Below, in pieces: positions 58,083-64,000 of a DNA stretch of 64,000 nucleotides. How positions within the stretch are numbered: the first letter of the stretch is position 1; every line of letters begins with the position of its first letter. The notes below the pieces were generated by a model. The model saw nothing but the letters and a program-made list of their open reading frames with translations. It searched no databases and was not told the origin of the DNA. The stretch lies in contig CABUZX010000006.1 of NCBI GenBank assembly GCA_902496185.1, positions 1,143 to 65,142 on the forward strand, written 5' to 3'. A program made the position numbers and the translations under genes. The DNA comes from an uncultured Subdoligranulum sp. (lineage in GTDB: Bacteria > Bacillota > Clostridia > Christensenellales > CAG-314).

Positions 58083-58934
58083 TTACTTGCGGTAAGAAGT
58101 GTTTGCCGTACCCTCGGCTCCGCTTATCGTAATTGACGTTACGGTAATTGCGTTTGTTGGAACTTTGGAAAGACTGTTGCTGTTCGTATCAGTTTTGGTG
58201 ATGGTATTAAGACTCTTCATAATGTCAACAAAGTGACTGTCCATACCAGCGCTCGTACCGTTACCGTTGTAATAACCGCCAGTATTGTCGTTGATTTTTA
58301 CTTTACTACTGACGATATAAGCAAATACCGCATAATTATCGTTGCTCAACGTCTTTGTAGAGCTGTAATCAGTTGCCCATATCATATAAAACGCCGTGCT
58401 TGCAGAATCATAAAAATTTTCCGTCTTGGTTTGCTCCAAGTGATACATTCCCAAACAGCCCAATTGGTGTTGAGCGTTGTCTTCCTTATCGGTGCCGTTT
58501 ACAAACCAACCGTTTGCTGCAAACTCACCTTTAATGGAGAAATCAGAAGTTTTTTCTTCATACTGAAGTTCATTATTTAATTGATAAAGTCCAAAAAGAC
58601 TGTAATCCGAATTTGTAAAGCTTACGACGGTATTGTCATAAAACCCGTCTTTTGCAAGTGCTATAAAGTTGTTGACAGTCAACGGTGCTTTGTCAAATAA
58701 AAGTTCGTACGTCAACTCAACGACGTAATCGTTGTCGTTGTTTTCAAAAGACAAAACGATTGTTGCCGTAGGATTGACAAAGTTGTCCTCATTGTTTTTG
58801 GACAAGCCGAGTTGATTGCCTAACGATTTAATTTGACTTTCAGTCAAAAAACTGCCACCTTGGCAAGCCACGAAAGAAAAAGTCAAAACTATTGCAAAAA
58901 AGATAATAAAAGCGCTCTTAAGTAGTTTTTTCAT
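58083..58934 (-). CDS. cyclophilin-type peptidyl-prolyl isomerase lipoprotein
   Basis: 283 aa. Lipobox FSFVAC at residue 24 and a cyclophilin motif APLTVNNFIALAKDGFYDN. Confidence 0.7.
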   Translation of the reverse strand: MKKLLKSAFIIFFAIVLTFSFVACQGGSFLTESQIKSLGNQLGLSKNNEDNFVNPTATIVLSFENNDNDYVVELTYELLFDKAPLTVNNFIALAKDGFYDNTVVSFTNSDYSLFGLYQLNNELQYEEKTSDFSIKGEFAANGWFVNGTDKEDNAQHQLGCLGMYHLEQTKTENFYDSASTAFYMIWATDYSSTKTLSNDNYAVFAYIVSSKVKINDNTGGYYNGNGTSAGMDSHFVDIMKSLNTITKTDTNSNSLSKVPTNAITVTSITISGAEGTANTSYRK

Positions 58935-59007
58935 ATTTTACCTCTACGAAGATTTATTATATAGCAAGTACGATTTTTATGCAAGTATTTAACAAAAGTT
59001 TTTCCAA

Positions 59008-59856
59008 TTAGGAAATAAAACTCCACAAATTTACGTCCAATTTAAAGTTTTGACCATTTAAATAGGACAAATTGTAGCCTTTAGGAAAGTTAAAACGCAT
59101 ACAAACGTTAGCAAGCAGTTGCCGTGTTTGTTTATATTTTTTATTTACGGAATTGACTCCATATTTGCCGTCACCCAACACAGGAAGATTTTCATGCGCA
59201 AGATGGGCTCTTATCTGATGAGTTCTACCCGTTATAAGCTGAACGTCCAAAAGCGACAGCTCGCCTTTTTGCTCTACAATATGGTATCTCGTCTCTATCG
59301 GCAAGTACCCCGGTTTTGAAGAAGGCGAAATTATTGCAAGACTTTTTTTTGCATCCTTAAATAAAAATGCTTTTAGCGTTGCAGACGGATTTTTGGGACG
59401 CCCCACGACTATCGCGCGATAAAACTTGTCTACGTACTTTTCTTTAAAAGCAGTTTCCAACTCGGATTGCGCTTGTTGAGTAAGGGCAAAGATAACTAAC
59501 CCCATAGTGTTTCTGTCAAGACGATGTACAGGATAAAGAGTTTTTTCTGCGTTGGCAACTTCTATCCTTTCCTTAAGACTGTCGGGGCCCTCCACTTCAA
59601 TATTGGCGGGCTTGTTGACAATCATTACGTTTTTGTCCTCGTAGACTATTTCTATCTTTTCCTTCTCTCTATCCTTTATATAGATATAAATAACGTCGTT
59701 TTCGCAAACCGTACAATCCGCATTAATTCGTTTGCCGTTTACCTTAACGCTTTTTGAAGAAAATATTTTTTTTATTTGATAAAAACCCAAATCTGCTTGT
59801 TCTCTTATTAAATCGGACAACTTTGAATTTTTGCGTGGAATAATTTCTTTTAACAT
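59008..59856 (-). CDS. RluA-family pseudouridine synthase (S4 domain + catalytic domain)
   Basis: Contains HRLDRNTMGLV and GRTHQIRAHL. Start set at ATG 59856 (MLKEII...). The GTG at 59874 lies inside the predicted promoter. Confidence 0.8.
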   Translation of the reverse strand: MLKEIIPRKNSKLSDLIREQADLGFYQIKKIFSSKSVKVNGKRINADCTVCENDVIYIYIKDREKEKIEIVYEDKNVMIVNKPANIEVEGPDSLKERIEVANAEKTLYPVHRLDRNTMGLVIFALTQQAQSELETAFKEKYVDKFYRAIVVGRPKNPSATLKAFLFKDAKKSLAIISPSSKPGYLPIETRYHIVEQKGELSLLDVQLITGRTHQIRAHLAHENLPVLGDGKYGVNSVNKKYKQTRQLLANVCMRFNFPKGYNLSYLNGQNFKLDVNLWSFIS

Positions 59857-59862
59857 TTTTTT

Positions 59863-59891
59863 ATAATAACACAAATCGTTTTTTTTTGCAA
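59863..59891 (-). promoter_or_regulatory. sigma-A-type promoter, leaderless configuration (RluA-family gene)
   Basis: Minus strand reads TTGCAA-17 nt-(TGT)TATTAT-AAAAAA-ATG. No Shine-Dalgarno sequence. Confidence 0.55.
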
Positions 59892-59893
59892 TA

Positions 59894-59917
59894 AAAAAAG
59901 CCCAAAAGGGCTTTTTT
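59894..59917 (-). terminator. intrinsic terminator after ylmC
   Basis: AAAAAAGCCC-AAAA-GGGCTTTTTT. Confidence 0.8.
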
Positions 59918-59930
59918 AGATAGGATATTT

Positions 59931-60284
59931 TTATTCGTCGTCAAAAGTAAAGTCCGTTTCTTCCGCAAAACCTCCTGCGTTTACTATAGAAGGAATATTT
60001 TTTACTTCTTTGCATTTTGTCGAATTGCTTTTATTTGTTGAGCATTGCTGGTTTACCATAGTCAACTGAACAAGTACCACGTCGTCGCCTATTTTTTGAA
60101 TATTCCGCCAAGGAATAAAAATATCTTCCTTAGTATTAAATATTTTTCGGTTGCCGGGTACTACTATCCCTAATACCTTACAAGAGCTTAAGCCGATTAC
60201 TAAATCCACTACTTTGCCAAGACGCCTTCCGTCGCAGATATTTACGACTTCCTTTTGTTTTAAATCGCAAAAAGATATTTCCAT
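59931..60284 (-). CDS. ylmC: YlmC/YmxH-family PRC-barrel sporulation protein
   Basis: 117 aa, SFCDLKQKEVVNICDGRRLGKVVDLVI... Confidence 0.75.
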   Translation of the reverse strand: MEISFCDLKQKEVVNICDGRRLGKVVDLVIGLSSCKVLGIVVPGNRKIFNTKEDIFIPWRNIQKIGDDVVLVQLTMVNQQCSTNKSNSTKCKEVKNIPSIVNAGGFAEETDFTFDDE

Positions 60285-60364
60285 TTTTTACCTCACGTAA
60301 TAACGTACTCATCTTTATTTATGCTACGATTCAACAAAAAATTACAAAAACGCGACAAATAGTA

Positions 60365-61138
60365 TCAGTTTAAATAATATTTTATTTGATTGATTGCATT
60401 TTTTTCAAGACGAGAAACCTGCGCTTGACTGATACCTATTTCGTTGCTTACCTCGGTTTGCGTTTTGCCTTCAAAATAGCGCTTTTTTAATATTTGCCTT
60501 TCACGCTCTTCTAACTTTGCTATGGCGTCAGCAAGACTGACGTTGTCTATCCATTTTTCTTCCGTATTGCTTTTGTCATAAACCTGATCCATCAAAAACA
60601 CGCTGTCTTCGCCGTCGCTATACACAGGCTCGTTTAAAGAAACGGGCTCGTTTATTGCGTCCATACAAAACGCGACTTTTGATAATGGCATATTGAGACG
60701 CTCTGCAACTTTATTTAGTCCCACGTCCTCGTCTCCCTCCGCCTTTATTCTTTCTCGCGTAGCAATCACAAGATACGCAATATCTCTTATACCCCTACTT
60801 ACTCTTATACCCGACGATTCACGCAAAAAACGGCGAATTTCGCCTATAATCATTGGGACTGCGTAGGTAGAAAATTTGACGTTTAAAGTGATGTCAAAAT
60901 TATCTATGGCTTTTACAAGACCGATACATCCCACCTGAAAAGTATCGTCCATATTGCATACTTTTGGCATATAACGGTGCAATACCGACAACACCAAACG
61001 CATATTGCCTACAATAAGCTGACTGCGAGCCGATTGGTCGCCATTTTTTAGTTGTTTCAGTAAGTCTTCGGTATCTTTTGAAGAAAGTTTTGGCAAAAGA
61101 GACGTGTTTATTCCGCAAATTTCTACTTTTTTTAACAT
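60365..61138 (-). CDS. sigG: forespore RNA polymerase sigma factor SigG
   Basis: 257 aa. KVEICGINTSLLPKL, GNMRLVLSV, FQVGCIGLVKAIDNFD, KFSTYAVPMIIGEIRRFLR and GISQAQVSRLEK closely follow the SigG pattern. SigF cannot be fully excluded. Confidence 0.8.
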   Translation of the reverse strand: MLKKVEICGINTSLLPKLSSKDTEDLLKQLKNGDQSARSQLIVGNMRLVLSVLHRYMPKVCNMDDTFQVGCIGLVKAIDNFDITLNVKFSTYAVPMIIGEIRRFLRESSGIRVSRGIRDIAYLVIATRERIKAEGDEDVGLNKVAERLNMPLSKVAFCMDAINEPVSLNEPVYSDGEDSVFLMDQVYDKSNTEEKWIDNVSLADAIAKLEERERQILKKRYFEGKTQTEVSNEIGISQAQVSRLEKNAINQIKYYLN

Positions 61139-61251
61139 AACTGACTCCTATACAAGTTTGAGCAATTATTTTGTTTGTATTCATTTGCTTTGATTTTTGA
61201 TTATTTGCAAAACGAATTTTAGTTTTAAATAGTAAGTTTTCCAAAAAAACG

Positions 61252-61280
61252 TTGACAGTATAGTATTTTTACTTTACAAT
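61252..61280 (+). promoter_or_regulatory. sigma-A-type promoter of the IlvD-like gene
   Basis: TTGACA-17 nt-TACAAT, 21 nt upstream of the ATG, with an AAGGA Shine-Dalgarno sequence between. Confidence 0.65.
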
Positions 61281-61301
61281 AAATTTAAAAGGATTTTTGA
61301 T

Positions 61302-62930
61302 ATGGATAAATTATATTTTGAAAGTATAGATAAACTTGCTTTGGCAACAACGTTATCCGCCCTTGACGTCAACACGAACAAAGGTCTCGTTGCAATAGTC
61401 GTTGCGCAAGACGGATTGTCAGCGTCTCAAAACAACGGTATCGAAGTTGCAAAACACGTGGAAAAAGGCGTAATTCAATCGGGATTTAATGCAAAAACCT
61501 ATTTTGCGCCGGTCTTTCCGTGCGTGACCAATGAAAACCGCTACAATATTCAACTGCGTGAAGAAACGGCGTATTTTGTACAAAGATTGGCGGATTCGGG
61601 AGCAATCGACGCCTTTGTATTTGTTGCAAGCAACGTTTTTTCGATATTCGGTATGCTTAAAGGAGCTTTTTTATATAATATCCCCTGCCTTTTTGTCACA
61701 AACGGCTGTATGACACCAATTGAAATCGAAGATAAAAAATACGATTTAACTTCCCTTAACGGCATAGCTCCTTTGTCAAGGAGAGGAAAAGTTCATCCCT
61801 CCATTTTTAAGCAAGCGACGGAAGTAATCTCTCAACAGGTTGCAAACGATACTTTTTGTTACGAAACTAATTGCGGTGGATTTTTGATGCAGGCTTTGGG
61901 TTTTGCTTTGCCCGACAGCGTAGGAGTTGTAGCAAACAGCGTAAAACATTATTCCGTCGCGCGTAAAACAGGCGAAAAAATTTGTCAAATGGCAGAACTA
62001 CGCCTTACTTCGGCAAAAATGCTAAACGTGGACGCGCTCAAAATGGCTCTTTCCGTAGACCTTGCTCTCGGCGGTAGTCCTGTTTCTTTTGTAAATATTG
62101 CATGGTTAAGCAAATTTGTAGGCGAACAAATAAATCTAAAAATTTTGGAAAAATTGGCGCAAAACGTACCGCAATTTAAACTGTCAAGGAGCGGTTTTGA
62201 CGTGACGGAATTTGAAAGTAACGGCGGAATTTTTGCTTTGATAAACAATATTTGCAATTCTCAAATACCCCTTACGGCAAATTATCTTTGCTTTGACAAT
62301 AAAAAAATGATAGATTTTTGCAAGGCTTTTGACGCATTGGGAGATATTCCTACCAAAGAGGAAAACCAAAAATCCAAGGACGCCTTAAAAAACGTTTCCG
62401 CTGTAGTTTTGTCGGGCAATATTGCAAATTCTGCAATATCTTTCAGTTGCCATGTTCCCTCTTTTGTCGGCAATGCAAAAGTATTTACCTCCGAAGATAA
62501 TTTGGTGGACGCTATTTTAAACAACGATATTCAAGGCAGTGACTGTATCGTTTTGACCTATTGTGGAGCTAAAGGCGGATTATTTTCACCCGTCAAATCC
62601 ACCGCTATGCTAAAAGCCTTGGGCTTGTCGGCGGAAGTAGCTTTTGTGACTGACGGTGTCGTACCACACTACTTTGACGGACTTGCAGTAAGCTTGGTTT
62701 ATCCAGAAGCCTACGAAGAAAGCCCCTTGGCTTACGTCAAAACAGGCGACAAAGTGGAAATTAATCTTGCAAAGTCCAAAATAAATATAGATATAAACGC
62801 AAAAGAATTTAAAATAAGACGCAAACAAACAGAAACAAAGCAAATACTCTCCGGCGACAAAAATTATTTTTACTCCAAATTTGTAACATCTCCCGAAACG
62901 GGATGCGCAATTGATTACTCAATAAAATAA
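61302..62930 (+). CDS. IlvD/Edd-family homologue with degenerate active site (probable non-dehydratase)
   Basis: 542 aa, collinear with dihydroxy-acid dehydratase (NIPCLFVTNGCM, DLALGGSP, AKGG, FVTDG, YPEA). The catalytic signatures are replaced; see the finding. Confidence 0.7.
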   Translation: MDKLYFESIDKLALATTLSALDVNTNKGLVAIVVAQDGLSASQNNGIEVAKHVEKGVIQSGFNAKTYFAPVFPCVTNENRYNIQLREETAYFVQRLADSGAIDAFVFVASNVFSIFGMLKGAFLYNIPCLFVTNGCMTPIEIEDKKYDLTSLNGIAPLSRRGKVHPSIFKQATEVISQQVANDTFCYETNCGGFLMQALGFALPDSVGVVANSVKHYSVARKTGEKICQMAELRLTSAKMLNVDALKMALSVDLALGGSPVSFVNIAWLSKFVGEQINLKILEKLAQNVPQFKLSRSGFDVTEFESNGGIFALINNICNSQIPLTANYLCFDNKKMIDFCKAFDALGDIPTKEENQKSKDALKNVSAVVLSGNIANSAISFSCHVPSFVGNAKVFTSEDNLVDAILNNDIQGSDCIVLTYCGAKGGLFSPVKSTAMLKALGLSAEVAFVTDGVVPHYFDGLAVSLVYPEAYEESPLAYVKTGDKVEINLAKSKINIDINAKEFKIRRKQTETKQILSGDKNYFYSKFVTSPETGCAIDYSIK

Positions 62931-62941
62931 AAAATACATAG

Positions 62942-62981
62942 AAAAAATCATCATACTATAAAAAAGTATGATGATTTTTTT
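62942..62981. terminator. bidirectional terminator (IlvD-like / orphan ORF convergent)
   Basis: AAAAAATCATCATACT-ATAAAAA-AGTATGATGATTTTTTT. Confidence 0.8.
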
Positions 62982-63003
62982 ATTTTTAAATAGAATTAAA
63001 CAA

Positions 63004-63768
63004 CTAATCGCTATACTCGGAGCTTTTTTCGGGAGGAATTGCGTCCATACCGCGCGCCTTGTGAAAATCTTCCCAATCCGATTTTGACATATATAAATAG
63101 CACGAATTGAATCGCTCTACACGCTCTCTGTTTAAAGCATTGCACTTGCCCAAAACTCCCTTACCAAAATATTTTACCACTTGATTGACAGGAATATCGG
63201 CATTGATTATTTCTTCCCCATAGTTGTAGGGAGAAACGTAAAAACCGTTTTCCGCCGTAACGAGTGGCATATTGCGTTGCGTAAGGAATTTTTCTAAAGC
63301 AGTCTTAATATCGTCACCCCTGTTTAAAACAAAATCGTTGTTGGTTGGCATTGGTTGACAAAAATCGTTGGGTCGGTCGAATATTCTGTTTTTTATATCC
63401 CTGCCAACAAAATAATCCATCATCCAACGTATTCCGCCAGCAAATACAAAAATTCTTCCGAAAATTTTTATAGTTTTGCCATTGACGGAAAAGGCAGAAA
63501 ACAATATGCTTGAGTTGACGGGGCAAAGCCTTATCCCTCTTGCTCCGACGTACCTTTTGTAAAACTCCTTGCCCGCTTTCTTTTCAAGCCGTCTTGCAGT
63601 TGCTCTATCCATCAAATCCAACTCGTTTGCAAAATACACGGCAAGCGTTTCCATCTTTTTGCCGTCAGTATCAGAGTAATCTACGTACCCGTCTTCGGGA
63701 TCGTTATGAAAACATATCGCGCCGTAGGTCTCCTCTACAAACCACTTTAAATATTCAAGATTTGTCAT
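63004..63768 (-). CDS. hypothetical protein (254 aa), no family recognised
   Basis: Start at MTNLEYLKWF, 5 nt after an AGGAGAGG Shine-Dalgarno sequence. Flanked by terminators on both sides. Confidence 0.55.
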   Translation of the reverse strand: MTNLEYLKWFVEETYGAICFHNDPEDGYVDYSDTDGKKMETLAVYFANELDLMDRATARRLEKKAGKEFYKRYVGARGIRLCPVNSSILFSAFSVNGKTIKIFGRIFVFAGGIRWMMDYFVGRDIKNRIFDRPNDFCQPMPTNNDFVLNRGDDIKTALEKFLTQRNMPLVTAENGFYVSPYNYGEEIINADIPVNQVVKYFGKGVLGKCNALNRERVERFNSCYLYMSKSDWEDFHKARGMDAIPPEKSSEYSD

Positions 63769-63831
63769 TTGCCTCTCCTTTTTTATATTATAATTCAAAA
63801 ATTAAATTTTGTAAAGTCAACAAAAAAAAGC

Positions 63832-63867
63832 AAAAACAGCAAGTTTAACCACTTGCTGTTTTTTTAT
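63832..63867 (-). terminator. intrinsic terminator after pyrG
   Basis: CAGCAAGT-TTAACC-ACTTGCTG, flanked by A and T runs, 30 nt after the pyrG stop. Confidence 0.75.
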
Positions 63868-63898
63868 CTTTTGTACTCTTTTGTTTATCTTAAGTAGA

Positions 63899-64000
63899 TT
63901 ATTTCTTTTTTTCCCTATTAGCTAAAGAGGCTTTTACAAACTCTCTAAAAATCGGATGAGCCCTATTTGGACGGCTCTTAAATTCAGGATGGAACTGAAC
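63899..64000 (-). CDS. pyrG: CTP synthase, C-terminal 33 codons only (N-terminus outside window)
   Basis: Own translation gives [33 protein letters not shown], which matches the conserved PyrG glutaminase C-terminus (QFHPEF.SRP..PHPLF). Confidence 0.8.
   Translation of the reverse strand, partial: VQFHPEFKSRPNRAHPIFREFVKASLANREKKK

Noticed and set aside
61139-61195. A forespore (SigF/SigG) promoter upstream of sigG (TGAATA-17-CAAACTT).
   Set aside because: The match to the -10 consensus is only partial. I mention it in a finding but do not call it as a feature.

Overview
This window is a gene-dense chromosomal segment that looks like core genome of a low-GC, anaerobic, endospore-forming Firmicute (Clostridia-like). 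I cannot name the taxon without a database search. I call about 64 CDSs, 7 tRNAs, one riboswitch, a CIRCE operator, a BirA-type operator, and a set of promoters and intrinsic terminators.

Gene content, left to right:
- Threonine degradation: flavoprotein-tdh-kbl.
- ppa, aspartate kinase and DUF1015.
- cdaA followed by a 47-aa CdaR remnant.
- A 10-gene electron-bifurcating [FeFe]-hydrogenase operon (hydC...hydB-hydA) interrupted by a sensor/GHKL-ATPase/PHP/DRTGG block.
- groES-groEL with a perfect CIRCE.
- comEB and split chrA.
- birA-bioY, lysS and greA.
- A 9-gene purine operon (purE-C-F-M-N-O-H-D-L) behind a ZTP (pfl) riboswitch.
- An M42 peptidase.
- glpA-like and glpK.
- rdgB, then a 6-tRNA cluster.
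- A cation/H+ antiporter.
- minD-spoIVFA-spoIVFB followed by the TIGR03960/TIGR03936 radical-SAM pair.
- Two tandem RimK-type ATP-grasp genes.
- spoIVA, and DUF512-der-plsY.
- A cyclophilin lipoprotein and an RluA-family synthase.
- ylmC and sigG.
- A degenerate IlvD/Edd homologue, an orphan ORF, and the pyrG 3' end.

I found no CRISPR array, transposase, integrase, prophage, toxin-antitoxin pair or recognisable defence system. The window reads as ordinary core genome, not an accessory island.

The most unusual signals:
1. The uncharacterised signalling block embedded in the hydrogenase operon, including an H-cluster-like sensor protein.
2. A recurrent -10-N6-ATG (leaderless mRNA) architecture at seven transcription units.
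3. An IlvD/Edd-family protein that has lost all catalytic signatures.
4. HydA with TSCSPGW in place of the canonical TSCCPxW motif.
5. A BirA-type operator in front of a birA that lacks a DNA-binding domain.

All functional calls come from reading the translations and motifs by eye. No searches were run.
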